A stretch of DNA of 64,000 nucleotides from Microthyrium microscopicum. Taxonomy: Eukaryota. Within the stretch, counting starts at the first letter, position 1; each line of letters opens with the position of its first letter. The stretch covers positions 1,313,345-1,377,344 of the forward strand of contig MU004237.1 of assembly GCA_010405405.1 (NCBI GenBank). The letters run 5' to 3'. The position numbers were made by a program, and so were the translations under genes. Of the stretch, positions 12,101-27,428 are shown in pieces. Under the pieces are notes generated by a model. That model was not told the origin of the DNA and did no database searches. It saw nothing but the letters and a program-made list of their open reading frames with translations.

Positions 12101-13348
12101 ATGGTAGAAAAAGCCCCCCGCATCCGAACCTGTCAACGAGCTGTCATCCAAACATAGCCAAGGGGCTACGGTGATCAGTCTTGCATATCACGCTTAATTG
12201 GACTGCTGATGAGGTTTGGTCCACTTGTCGCATATCATTCGTCAAGATATCAAGGGACGATCCGCTACGGTAAGCTTCCCGATGTCAAAGTCAATTGATG
12301 TGCGACAAGACTTGTTGCCAACTTGCCACGCCTGCCACGTCTCTGCATCAACAATGGAGGAGAAAGTATTGAGAACGGCCAAACTGACCAGTCATGCTCT
12401 TTCCAAGTTTCCAGTCTTGAGTTTTCGCAAAACGTTGAACGGTCGTTGGAAATGAACTTGGCGTGATTGATAAGAGGTTAGCCTCCAATATAGAGGCGCG
12501 GAAGGCTAGAATTTGTTGAAGCTTGAATGATATTCGACCCCTGTCATTGGCCAATTTGCCTACCACGTACCTGCGCATCTCCATTTGATGCTCAGTGGAG
12601 CGCGGCTCTTGATCAAAATAATTGATTTATCGAGACTTCTTCGGCGCCACGATCCGACCGTCTTTTCTCTCATTCTTCCAGTCGATATGGCTCTGGCTTG
12701 GTACCAATTGATCTCCGCCCCCAGTTGAAAACTCGCGTCTTTTGTTCAATGGCTTCAGCCCATAATGCAGTAAACAAATGATCTGGCGCATGACCATTAC
12801 CCGGAGTACAAGATATAAAATTATAGCGCGATACATCAAGCACTCAATGGGACCGAAACAGTCCGCCACAAGCACCTCCAGGAAAGTCGGACCAACGGCG
12901 CGTTCAAAAAACGCCCGATATCAAAAACCTTGTTCAGCTCAAGGAGCTTGCGGAGAGATCTTTCTATCCTGGCGAGCTAGAAATCGTGGTCCACCCAAAA
13001 CATCACCCATCTTGACTCGGGACCGGTCGATAGTCGGCCCTTTTCAATCTCGCAATCTCCTAAGTATTACACCATCGGAGTTTCCACAGTGGAGAAAAAG
13101 CCTTCCGCAATCCTGCATAAAAAAGGTCCATATCAATTTCAAATCAACTTACAAGACCAGATTCAACTACATAATTATTCATGCAACTTGCATAACCCAG
13201 AAGCCTGGATTTGACAGCGGCATAACGTATGTTCTAGAGCTAACGCAAAGGGGGCGCCTCGAAGTGAAATTGGCTGGAGAGACACGAGTCTTAGTGGTCC
13301 GTGGTGCGGTAAGGCTGCATGAAGCTTGACAGGACACTATTTAAGCCG

Positions 13349-13396
13349 CGCAGAAAAAAGTTTCCTGAGTCGCGAATCGTTGCACTTTTTTCTGCG
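13349..13396. repeat. Perfect 13-bp inverted repeat with 22-nt spacer
   Basis: cgcagaaaaaagt (13349-13361) and acttttttctgcg (13384-13396). Confidence 0.8.
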
Positions 13397-15272
13397 GGCG
13401 CTCCGCATGACAGCTTACCTTTGATTTTGGCTAGGGCTTTTTATTTAGGACGATGAAGCAGGTACCGAAGAGGCGTTTGCAATATAGCTTGGTAGGCGGA
13501 CGGTAACTGCTGCTGCGCTGAATGTAGTTCATGTACCGTAGTGTACTACTTTACTAAAGACTGGTACAGTGGCGTTTTTTGGTTTATTGTACGGAAGACT
13601 ACAGCCAAGATGACATGATGCCAAGAAGAGTTTTCTCGATACTTTTTGGCATTTGAATATTTTGAACTTGTAGATTTCCATGTTCTGAGGAACGGTTGAT
13701 CGCTGTTGCGTCGATCGCATCATGCCTATTGTCTCTGGACGACGATCGGTATAATCAACCAGTCGATAGTTTTAGAAGAGATATTATCAGATTATGCAAT
13801 GCTCCCTTGTTATATTATGTCTATTGCTTACGAGATCATCCGATTGTAGTCTTTGTTGTTGCGCGGTTGACTTGGCCAATATCTGAAGAGTCTAGAGATA
13901 TGAGGAATCGAGCTGAGTTGCGAGTATCGATATGCCAATTGTAAGAAAAGAAATCGAACTCTCAAGTGCCAATGTATGATGGACAACTTACATAATCGGA
14001 TTTCAATAGCTATTTGGACCCCAAAATGTGTTGTTTGAAAATGCTTCCAATAAAATCATGGCACACCAATATAAAAAGGAACCTGTGCCATCTGTGCCTA
14101 TAGCCTCAAAAGCTCGAGAAGCATAAGCAAGTCAGTCTATTTATTGAAACCAGAATTCACATCTGTTGGCTATTGTCGTCGAGTGCATCTGTTTGTTTAG
14201 AAGATAAAAGTCTTCTCCGCTTTACATATACTTGTTTTCTCGGGCGTCAACAATCAATTATCACTTTTTACAATGCTCTTGGGCTATTTTCCAGACCGAA
14301 TTGTCTGCCTACCTATCGAATTAAGCCGTAAATACACGATAAGTTCTGATGAGTGCTAGCTCAGTTGTTCTACGCATGGTCGCATCATTGCAGTATTGCT
14401 TTGACAGCTGTATACTTCTCGACTCTATGATGTCAGCTCGAATTGAGACGTCTGATCTGTTCCATAATCCGTCTAAAGGCATATCGCATACGACTTCCGG
14501 TATCCATTACTGGCTCAATCATTCCAAAGCAGGCTTGCAAACGTAATCAAGAACCCATTTCAAAACACTCGATTCCGTCAAGTTTTCGCAAAATGTAATG
14601 TTGTGCGAGAAATGCCGACAGCATACCACAACAGCCTAATATCGTCCATGGCTCAATTTAGTTCTGTGTACATATCTCGCAGAGTATTACAGTGCCTATA
14701 CCGTGTTCAAGTGCGATTATACGTCGTTTACTATGACTACGAGGTCGTGATGTTACAGTGACGTTTCGATATTTTTTTAGCATGGATTGTGAATTTTGAA
14801 CATGCAAACTTGCACTGCTTAGCGCTCTGCTACTGAAAATATATGATCTATAGAGTACAGTAGAATGGAAGATATGACCCAAGTAAATGATGCACTTATG
14901 CTCTGTATATGTTGTGCTTCCATTATCATTATACACAGTCTCTTCACACAGATTTTGCCTACTTGTTTAAACACGAACTTTCATATAATAACTGCAGACC
15001 CATATTTTGTGGGTAGAAATCTAAGCCAGAGCTCATGACTGTTCTTTTAGCATTGCCGAACTTTATATGGACTTGATACGTCGATCTTTGTGTGCTTCCC
15101 AGCAGATATGATGCTCATACATTAAACAGGTTGATCTATCATTCTATCCGAATACTCTCCTTTTACGTCCATCACACTAAGTACGGTCTCATTGAGCACA
15201 CAGCCCGCAAGAGCCTTTCCTGTCTACCAGTCTCCGTATATCAATTATCTTCCGAACACTCAGTTATCCCCA

Positions 15273-16181
15273 TCACCGCACCAACGCATCCCGAATCTCA
15301 ACCCTCGCCTTCCCATCCCGACATCCCAAAAACCGCACACTACTCAAATCCCTAACAACCCAATCCGCACCAGCACCAACAACCTCACCCACCGCATGAC
15401 TAGTCGCCAAACCCAGCACCTTACACCCCGCCGCCCGTCCAGCTCTGATACCCGCCGGCGCATCTTCCACCACCAACACTGACCCCTCTAAGCCCTGATC
15501 GTTCCCTGATCCTTCCATGCCGATCTTCTTTAGACCAAGTTGATAGCAAGAGGGATCGGGCTTCCCGTTCAACACATCCTGCGCACAAACTAAATGCTCC
15601 GGCCTAGTTAACCCCAACACTTCCAACCATCCACTGACCAACGCACGCGTGCCGGACGTGACGATGGCCCAGGGAGCGGAGGCTGATGAGAGGGTGGCGA
15701 GGAGGGTGCGGGCGCCCGGGATTTCGACGGCGGAGGAGGCGTAGCGTTTTGGAATTACTGCTTCTAGGCTGTTGACATCTAGTGGCTTGTCAGTGAACGG
15801 GAACTTGGTGATCAGGGAACAGAGAAAGGGGAGGTAACATACATTCCCAATTCGCCTTTGACGGATCATGTACAGCCAACACATCAATTGAGCGTCTACC
15901 ATGTGAAGTGGCGAGGATGACAGCGGGATCGATGTTGAGTTCGCTGGCGATTTGTGTCCAGTGTTGGATGATTGCTTCCGTAGAGTCTATTATGGTACCG
16001 TCCATGTCGAAAAGCTAAACATCATTACTATCAAAACACTGAATATAGGTAGCTTATGCAAGAAACATACGAAGCCAGAGAATTCTAGAATTTCAGGCGG
16101 AGCAGAAAAGTCTGCTTGTTCTAATTCTTGAGCATTATGTAGTCGGATTTGTTCTTCCTCGCTCTTGCTAGTCGTCGACAT
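15273..16181 (-). CDS. GPP1: HAD-family glycerol-3-phosphatase / 2-deoxyglucose-6-phosphatase-like (3 exons)
   Basis: Spliced LFDMDGTIIDS (motif I), SHGRRSID, WAIVTSGT, GKPDP, VVEDAPAGIRAGRAAG. Confidence 0.88.
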
Positions 16182-17227
16182 AGTTGTGGGTCAAGTGTAT
16201 TAGTTACAAATCCAGAAGGGACCTATGATGTTAAAGAATGTAGTCGGAAGGAAGCAAGAAGTTGCAAACGACTAGGATAGCTCCGGAAACTTTTTATATC
16301 CACGTTGACCACGTGTGAAGGACTCAATAAATGTAAGCGCTTATGCAGGTTCAGTTAGCATCGTGGATCCAGGGCGGAAATAAACTATTGCACGTTGAAC
16401 CTGGGAAGTGAAGAGTAGAAAAATTCTCAGCCTCGCGCCCTATTTCAAATTGTCGTTAACAGCAATAATGAAGGTCGCATTATGAACAAGGATCACAATA
16501 TCAAGTTAAGTAGAGGCAAGTATTTAAACGAAAAGCAGGTCCATTAATTATTATTTTCCATGCAACTTCAGCTAGCTATGAGCCTCAATGGCCGCTTGTA
16601 CAACAACCCAATAAGGCAGAGTACGCAAGGGTATATCAAGGGTATTGTTGAGTTTTGGGTATTCGCAGAGAAAAACCAAAGAGTAAAATAAGACGCGTAA
16701 AGCAAAAAACAAAAACAAGACATACAAATGATAAGAAGAGATACAAGTCAAAACATGAGCACCAAGCACACATGGTTTTCAACTCAAATCTACTTCCGTT
16801 CTTTGCAATATTCCACCCGTTCATCCACCTTCCAACAACCACTAGAGAAGATCATCAAGCGGCAATGCAATTCGCAGGAACAAAAGCAAGTGGTATCAGT
16901 CTAGCCTAACAAAAACAAGAGAAAACAGGGTATATCCAATGAGACGCCGTATCCTGATGGAGACGACGGGTATGTGGGTTATGCTAAGAGCATACTTTTG
17001 GTGCCTTTTGTGGCATTTTTTGGTGCGTTGAAAACAAAATTGGGGAATCATGGGTATTTGTACTTGTAAAAGCAACATGATAGCTTTGCGTGATGCTTGT
17101 TAGCAAATGCAAAAAATCATTCGTTCTGAGGCGCGTTACAAAAGCGGCGGACCACGAAGTGAAGAGCTTTCTAGATGTTAGTCCAAGCAGAGACGAAAAA
17201 GGCAAGCGAAACTCACCCACTAGCTTT

Positions 17228-19389
17228 CTAAGCGGTGGCCGAAACAGTGGCAGATGCTGGAGGAGCAGTGCCAACATTCACAGCCTCAGGAACGACATCA
17301 CCAATGGACTTTGGAGCTTCCTCGGTCTTGGGCTCAGCCTCCTTAGTGGCCTCTGGGGCAGCTTCAGTTGGCTTGACATCCTCGGCCTTCTCATCGATCT
17401 TTGGGGCCTCCTCGACGGTCTTCTCGGTAGGCTTGACCTTCTTGGGTTCCTTGTGGCGGAAAGCCTTGCTAATGCTTCGACCAAGTCCCCCAAGAATCTT
17501 GTTCTCCTTGCCAGCAGGCTTAGCCTCCTTATCGGTGGTGGCAGCAGTCTCTTCGGCAGGAGTTTCGGTGGCAGCGGCAGGGGTCTCGGTGGTGGCAGCA
17601 ACAGGCTCCTCGACTGGCTTGGCAACCTCCTCGACAGGCTTCGTGTCTTCCTTGACGGCTTCTTCAGTCTTGGTCTCCTCAGATGGCTTCACCTCTTCCT
17701 TGAGATCCTTTGGCTTCTTGTCACCCTTGCGGAACTGACCACTGATGGTGTCGAAGAAAGAGCTTCGGCGTTTGTTGTCCTTTAGAGCTGTGGGTGCGCT
17801 GATTGTTGGCTCTTCAGCCTTGGTCTCGGCGCCGTTGGTAGCAGCAATGATGGCAGCTGGCTCAGCGGAAGTACCAGCAATCTCGGTGGATGGCTCCTCA
17901 ATCTTGGGAGGCTCAGCAGAGATTGGCTCAACAGCTGGGGCAGCTTCTTCGGCCTTGGTCTCGGTCTCAGAGGCGGCGATGGGAAGCTCGGGCTTCTTCT
18001 CGCTGGTTGGGCTACGAGCACCCTTGACGAAGTCAAAGAACTTGGAGCTACGACGAGTCTTGTTATCGGGCTTCTTGATCTCATCAACAGCCTTGGTCTC
18101 TTCAAGAGGCTTGGTCTCAGTGGCCTCAGCAGCAGCGATTGGCAGAGCTGGGGTCTCTGGAGCCTCAACGGCTTCAGTGGCTTCAGTGGCTGCAGTTGTT
18201 AGCATATAATTACATACATAGGCTTAATCAAATTGAACTTACCAGCTGGTTCGGTCACGGCTTCGGTGGTCTCTTCAGCCTTTGGTGTCTCAGGAGCAAC
18301 TTCAGTATCCTTCTTTCCCTGGAGACGGTCGAGGAACTTCTTGCTGCGAGATTGAGAGCGGTCCTTGATAGCGCGCTTCTTGTCAGTGGTTTCTGGGGCA
18401 CGAGCACGCTCATCAGTGCTCTTCTTTGGTGAAGAACCAGTAGCAGCTGCTGCAAGGCCACCTGCAACTACAGCTGGTTTGCCTGCATCGACGGTTAGAA
18501 TGGATGCGGACTAACGCGCCATGACGTTCCAGGAAAAGCAATTTTCAGGAAAATTGATCTGCTGGAGCTTTGACCTCGCGAAATAGTATGGATAGGGTTA
18601 ACATACTGAGCTTCTCAAGAGACTCTTTATAGCCTTCGGAGCCATGGACTTCCTCCTTCTTGGCCTTGGCCTCCTCGATCTTCTCCTTGATGGCGACGAG
18701 CCAGCTATCACGGGTAGCGGCAAGATCAGCAACGAGAGAGTGCTGCTTTCCATGAGCCTTGAAGCTGATTTCAGTTGGGCCAATTGGCTTCAAGTCATCA
18801 ACTTGGGCCTTGTACTCGTTAGCGGAAATTCCTATTCTCGATTCTAGGAATCTTACCAGATTGATAACACCCTTGGGGGTATCTTTGGTGTCGTGCTTAG
18901 AGTAGAAAAGCAGACCCTTTCCAGTTTGTCCAGCCCAAGCAATGTTCTCCTTGATATCAGTCTTGGTGGGCTTGATCAAATGCTGAAGCTTTTCGTGTGC
19001 AATGGCATCAGAGCCAAAGTAAAAGTGGAATTTATCCTTCAAGCCAATAAGAGACCTGTAGAGAAATCGATATTAGCACGTGTTTGCATTGATATTATCT
19101 TGAGCGTATAGGGCTGGACATACTTGATTGAGTTTCCACCAGCATAAGCTAGAGTTCCCTCATAGATTGGCTTGGCCTCCTCCTTGACTGGTTCAGCCTC
19201 TTTGACTTCTTCGGTGGGCTTTGCAGCCTCTTCGGTCTTGGCAGCTTCTTCAGTAGCAACAGCTGGTGTCTCAGTAGAGGGAGCGGCCTCAGTGGCAGCT
19301 GGAGTAGCCTCAGCGGCGGGTGTTGGCTCAACAGCTGGAACTGTTGGCTCGAGAAGAGGGACAACGGTAGGTTTCTGTTCTTCGGACAT
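17228..19389 (-). CDS. Meu6-like PH-domain protein with long Glu/Ala/Lys/Pro/Thr-rich disordered regions (about 5 exons)
   Basis: PH-like core (AWAGQTGKGLLFYSK, PKGVINL, RDSWLVAIK), KRRSSFF motifs, LGRSISKAFR, terminal IGDVVPEAVNVG. Canonical introns link ORFs 19039-19389, 18545-19042 and 17228-18205. Confidence 0.8.
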
Positions 19390-22300
19390 GGCGAAGGATG
19401 TGATAAACAGATAGGTCGAAAAAAGGGATTAGGAGAGAGTAAGGAAGGAATTAAAAAGTGATAAGGCTCGCGATTAGATGGCACGCGTGCTCGTGAAGGA
19501 GAGATGAGAATGGACAGGAACAAGGGAGATGGATGACCCGATGTGTAACTTTGATGAAGAAAGTTGATGAGAGAAAGCAAGAAGAAGAGGAGAAGCAGGA
19601 TTCGGGAAGCAAGATAAAGTGAATTAGTGGAAATGGGGAGCGTGGTGCACAGATCAGTCGTGGTCGCTAGAGCAGCAAGAGGCAAGAGCAGTCTGAGCAA
19701 AAGAGAAAGAGCGACATCAACCAAAGGCAAGAACCATCAGCGCCTCTGGAGTCAGCAACGACCAGCCCGGGGCCACTCCTTCCTAACAAGCCAATAGACG
19801 GGAAGGAACGTCCACCACAGGCCGTCCAGGCAAAGGTACGGAGCGCTGGCTGAACAAGGGGGAGCAAGAGCTATCTCCCTAATAATTACTCTCCCGGCTC
19901 AAATCACAAGGGTTTTACACGAATCCTCAGGACTTGAGGAGTTGAGATCACATCTTCGGTATTATTCATGTCGGCTACATTGAAGATGCATTGAAACTCC
20001 ATGAGTTTATTGACAGTTCATGCACCCCATCATGCAAACTCAGCATTGCTTCTTCGTCCTGACTCTGGCCACGGTAAAATGGTGATACGCGAAACTATTT
20101 TCTGCCTCGCACCAAAAAAACTCGCGACGAGAAGAGCAGCTTCAACGCCAGGGTCTTCAAGCGCGCCGAACGGGAACCCTCGTTGCCAGGGATCAGGGCT
20201 CGTCGCAACTTGATGCTACACCTTTTTAGGATACGCCAGGCTGAACGAAAGCCAATCAGGTCTATCCGCGCTGTGCTCATGGCCTCGCACGTGCCTCGTG
20301 TCGTGCCTTCCACTTGGGAAATTATCATGAGCTTTTCTTGTTCCATCCAGCAATTACCGTCGAGTTGCTCCTTCTTCAACGCCTGTTTGGTAGATATCAA
20401 GATGCAATCTGCTCTTCTTTCCACATTTCCTCTCATCTTCTTACACTCATCTCTTCTGGCGCCTGCATAATATCACTCTTTCGCTTGTTGACACTTCATG
20501 CAGATTGACATCAAAATGGCCAAAATTATGCCACAACCCGCTGTAGCAAATCTCCGACCACGCTATCATTTGCCAACCTGCCGCCCCTACTATTTAGTAC
20601 TAGTTCTTCCTACGGCATTTAAACAATGCCCATCAAACTACAGTTCTATTACCCACAAACACTACAAATACTAAACATCTTCAGGTAGATAGATTAACAC
20701 ACATCCTATTCCTATGTTCTATATTGCTATTACCGCACACCCACAATATCTATTCATATAGAAAACAACCAGTCCCCTCACATTAGCTCTATCGGCCATC
20801 TAATTATTCTTGCAATCAATCCTGGCTGCTCCACCTGTGCCGATCTCTGCAGCTCGAGCCGTTTGAGGCCTGCAACTCAAACTCAACCTCAGCCATTTTC
20901 CATTCAATCGTTGCACAAATTGATAATGCAGGCCCTCCCCTCCATCAAAACCCTGCCTCGCATTGATGATAAGACTGCCTTGGCCATTCTTCAACAACAT
21001 TTGGTTCTTTTGTCAACAACTCTAAACATACCCAGCACCTCGATCTAGCCTCATCCGCCTACAAAGATACCTGGAAGTCTCCCTAGCGCCATTTGACAGA
21101 GTGTGTAGATCTCGCCCAGCGAATTTTCATACACATCATCTGCCCTAGCAAAGAAAATATGGGCCGCTTTCAGTCAAAGGCATCTCAAGTCCCGTTTGGC
21201 CAAGACTATACAAAGGCTCATGATTGCGGAATAGACTTGCTTTCAGCCTGTTAGTTGACTGGTTTGATGCAGGCCAAATGCACGTCGCCATGATCTTGTC
21301 CAACAACAGCTGCAGTTGTGGTTACATGGGCCTGCTTTAACCAATCACTTGCGTGAAACATGCCGATTGTCCATGAACCTGTGACACTCCCCATCAGGCC
21401 CGTTTTCGAATTGTTAATGCTTCGCCACTTTTTTATACAAGAGAAGAATGAACATGCGAGATATTGACCGGTTTGAACCTTCCAAGTTGATATCGACACA
21501 GTACTGACCAAAGACATGAACATTACTACTCCATGAAACAATGTCAGATCAAAACGTTTGATTCTGAAGTGACAGATGACAGGAAACGAAAATGTTTTGA
21601 TAAGAGTAACAAATCAAACTAACGATCTCAAATCCGTCCATCCCACCATCAAATCCAACTTCAATCCACGATCTCCAAAGCATCCCACATGACCAACCTG
21701 TGTATCAGGAACATAAAAAACCCACCCCAACATGAATCGTCCCCCAAAAGTCAAAACTGATGTGCAAATAGTGCAATACGCAACCCCAATCCCGCAAGAT
21801 ACCGCCAGCTTGCGTAGTAGATACATGCAACCCACTGCACTGGAATGTAATGTCGTCGCATGACACACACCATCTCATGGATAACTGCAGCGGATCCTCG
21901 TCCAGACAACCATCCTGATATCTCGGCCATTAACCAAACATCTAGTGTTCACAAATCGCACACCTGCACACCGACACTGCTCAATCCTGGATCGATCTAG
22001 ATTATCTAGCCTGATGAAGCTGGAAATCTGATTATCTGAGAAGCCTTCTGGCCAGTGGTTTGTAGCTCGCTCAGCTCACCTTGCTAAAGAGACCAGCTTC
22101 CCTACCTACCACCCTGCCTGTAGGTAACCCAGCAATCTCCAGGTAACTCACCGTACATCTAACGTCATATACCTCCCATTTGCCGCTATCTACGAATCCA
22201 CATACCACACTGTTATCCATCGCACAAGACATACCATCCATATCGTGAATTCCAAGCAGTAGATTTCCTTGAGCACGTGAGCAACAGATATCCAGAATTC

Positions 22301-23314
22301 AGGGGTTGTTGTCCATGTTTGCACAACGCCCATTTCTTTCGTTGTCGCGTCAGGCGCATCTAATTTGCCGCTACGTAAACGCCACTGAAATGACTTTTTT
22401 CCATTTTCTTTTTCGTTCTGCGCCTGCCGCCTGAGGCTCTGAACGCCAGAAACTTTTACCGCTTTGACAGCTGTGTGTAGCGGGACTAGCTGGGACTAGT
22501 GGTAGTGGTAATGTTCACTGTTGGTTCCCTGCGGTGAGATCGGATCGTGATGCTCCTTTCAAGATTAGCTTTTGTTTTATGGAGTCAGGGTCCAGGAGGG
22601 AGTTTGGATTCTTTCTGTACAGATCTGAATTGGAAGTTGGGAGGCTCAGAGAGCTTCTGTTTTTCGATCGCAATTGCAAAAATCTGCCGTTCAGGAGAGT
22701 TTGACTTTGGAAGTGCAATTGTGATAATGAAGCACTCTATTTTAATGCTGTTTGGGTCTCACTCAAGGACGATATTGAGTAAGATTCATACCTACTGCGT
22801 CCGGTGTACAAAGTCTGAGCGTTTCTCAAGCGTCTCCAAATTCCTTCTGTCCTCTCGTTCTGTATCGATGAAATGAACGAATCGATATCTACGAATGCAG
22901 ATCAATCTGAGCATTCTTGTCCACATCAGCAACTGTCTTGATGAGCCTAGAACTCCTTCTCATCTTAGCAAGTTGAAAAAGTTGGAAATAAAAAACAAAG
23001 AATCTCTCCGCTTCAAACAGCTGCGAGGGTTCCTGCATTTAAGGAGAGGCTCAAGTTGGTAGCGAAACGGCGCGCCAAGATGAGATAAGCGCGCGTCCTA
23101 ATCTAAATGCCACTGACGAGTGGCACTTGAAACCTCATGCCTTCAAGAAATTTATATTCACTGGTACCACTCAATAGATGAATAGCGATACTTGGGTCTT
23201 GGCTGTTCCCTCTTGAGCATTGGATATATCTTGTTCTGAGACCTGGAATATCCTCCCTGCTGTGCTCATCTCCTTGCTCAGTCTCAACCTATATCCCCTA
23301 AGCAGACCTTCACA

Positions 23315-24872
23315 ATGTGAGAACGCCACCAACGCTGTTCTTGCTCCGCTAATATTCGCAGGACGGATTCAGTACCAAACACCGAAGACACACAGAAGGA
23401 AGAGGAGGCTGCAAGTCCTGGCTCAGACTTCTCCAATGAGTCGCTCTACGAAGAACTACTCGGCATGGGAACAGGCGCAGAGGAAGGCACAGACTTTGCA
23501 TTCGCAGCAGGTAACGCACCCATTGCGCTATGATATCTTCAACACCTTTACACTCCAATCTAACACTATGTCCACAGGAAGCGATCCCAATGTTTGTACC
23601 GCCGATGAAGCCCTTCACCTACGCCGCCGCCTTCGCGACGTTGGCGCCGAAGAATGGATCGCAGAGACCTACGGCAGCGGGAAATACACCGCCATAAAAC
23701 TCCTCTCCGTCTTCAAAGTCGCGCGCCCCGACTTCATCACCGACGAAGAACACTGCCTCGAACTTCTAGGCATATGCATGTACCGTGAAATGAACCGACG
23801 CCACCGACTAGACGCCTACTCCACCATCGAAGACGTAGTCGAACTCCTCCTAACCCGCAAAAACATCCTCGTAATCACAGGCGCCGGCATAAGCACATCC
23901 CTAGGCATCCCCGACTTCCGATCCAAACACACCGGCTTTTGGTCCAAACTGCACGAACAAGGCTTCACGGACCCAGAATCCCTCTTCACGCTCGAAGAAT
24001 TCGACGCAAATCCACAAGCATTCTACAATCTCGCCGCCGAACTACTCCCGCCCAGCAAGAAATGGACGCCAACGCACCAGTTTATACGCACACTACAAGA
24101 CCAAGGCAAACTCCTACGCAACTACACCCAAAACATCGACGGCGTCGAAGAAACAGCCGGCATCCTCCCTTCCAAAACCCTCCACTGCCACGGCTCCTGG
24201 AACACAGCGAGCTGTCGAAAATGCCGCGCCACTGTGCCTGGCTCCACAATCTTTCCATATCTCGAGCGCCGTGAAATCGCATACTGCCAATCTTGCCCGC
24301 TTCCCGCGCCAGGTGGTGCTCCAGGCATGAAGCGCAAACGCAGCAGCAATAGCACGCACAAATCCCGCAAAGACCACTCCTTTGACGACTCTGATTCCGA
24401 TGTCGACGATGATATACCGAGCCCAGGCGTAATGAAGCCTGATATTACCTTCTTTGGCGAATCTCTGCCTGATACCTTCTACGATAATCTCAACACGCAT
24501 GACCGCGCTGCCGTTGATCTCGTGATAGTGCTAGGTACGAGCATGACGGTTGCGCCGGTGGCGGATATACCGGCGCATTTACCGAGGGATGTGCCGCATG
24601 TGTATGTAAGTCGCGAGGCGTGTAAACATATTGAGTTTGATGTGAGCTTGTTGGGCGAATGTGATACGGTGGTGCAGGAGTTGTGTAGACGGGTAGGGTG
24701 GAAGTTGGGGGAGGGTATGGATGGGAGTAGGGCGGATGGTGGTGGAGAGAGTGTGAGGAAGGGAGCGGGAGAGGGTGAGTGGTGGGTTGGGACGGTTAAG
24801 GGCGAGGAGGAGGTTTTGAAGAAACAGAAGGTCTTGGGAGAAGTCAAGGCTGAAGATGGGGTGTTGGCGTAA
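23315..24872 (+). CDS. SIR2: Class I sirtuin (Sir2/Hst1-like NAD-dependent deacetylase)
   Basis: GAGISTSLGIPDFRS, NYTQNID, HCHGS, CxxC...CxxC, KPDITFFGE, LGTSM. Predicted introns 23317-23361 and 23511-23577 give N-terminus MTDSVPNTED...ESLYEELL. Confidence 0.93.
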
Positions 24873-25369
24873 AATGCTGGGTATGGTTTGCATGTTGTAT
24901 GTGTGTATGATGGGCATTTTCGAGGTGTTTTGTCTGGGTTGTGCATGATTTGCTGATGCATTGCACTGGAGCATAGCATAGTATGGCGTTCTGGGACATT
25001 GCCTATGCAAACATTGTGTCTTATGTAGAGATCAATGGAACGGGTCTGATTTGATGTCGTGTTTATTCACTATCGTAAAAATGCTAGGTAACCTTGATAT
25101 CCTTTCCCCCGAAAACTCCAATCCGAACCGATTTTGATGCGCCATAGAATAGACTCATGAGCATAAGGCACTTTTGGTCATGTCGCTTCGATCCCATAGA
25201 AAATATGCCGGTGATATGTACAGACGCAACGCAACGAATTCTCTCGTACTCTATTCTTCTCGTGATGCCTGATCGTCCTCAGACATTGGCCCATCTCTTG
25301 GGACGGCCAACGCGAATTACACTCGGGTCTTCGTCAAGCTGAGAATCTCTTACGAGGCGATAGCGTTGC

Positions 25370-26991
<1,622 letters not shown>

Positions 26992-27428
26992 CTAGTAAGA
27001 AAGCACGGAGTATTTGTAGTTGTGAGTGTTTGAAAGGGTGGGTTCTCAAAGGATGAGTGTGCTTGTGTCGTAGCTCTGGGAAAATTTCTTGAAAAAAATG
27101 ATGAAAGTGTGCTTGTGGACAGGGCTGGATCTGCATTCCAACCTGCCCTTTTGCCGTACCCCACAATCCCACTGCATACTCTTGGTCCGATTTTCGGATA
27201 CCTACCCCACCAATGGGAAATAGGCCAATGCCGATGTTATTTTCATTACATTCGCTTATTTGCTGAATGTTTCATGCCTCATTTTGCCTGTCGTAACCGT
27301 CTGTATGATGCCCCGGATTCACTTTTGATGCTATACAAAAACCGGATTTGGTGTTGAGGTTTGTACATGCTGTCATTGCTCGTCGTAGCTGCCATTATTT
27401 TCTGTATGCCATGCGGAAGTGTCTGGCT

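Noticed and set aside
12778..13329. 183-aa ORF in the long intergenic region
   Set aside because: No recognisable motif, codon bias or splice support.
17090..18209. Long + strand ORFs
   Set aside because: Antisense shadows of the codon-biased, low-complexity PH-domain gene.
18811..18858. Stop-free in-frame introns (also in TTC1 and the MFS gene) as regulated intron retention
   Set aside because: Short 3n introns without stops arise by chance; there is no sequence evidence of regulation.
19900..23100. Possible small gene or ncRNA between the PH gene and Sir2
   Set aside because: Some splice-like signals and short ORFs are present, but no coherent gene model or snoRNA box arrangement could be built.
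23220..23577. ORF-track N-terminus of Sir2 (MDISCSETW...)
   Set aside because: It starts at TTG and reads through two canonical introns; the spliced frame gives a more typical acidic Sir2 N-terminus.
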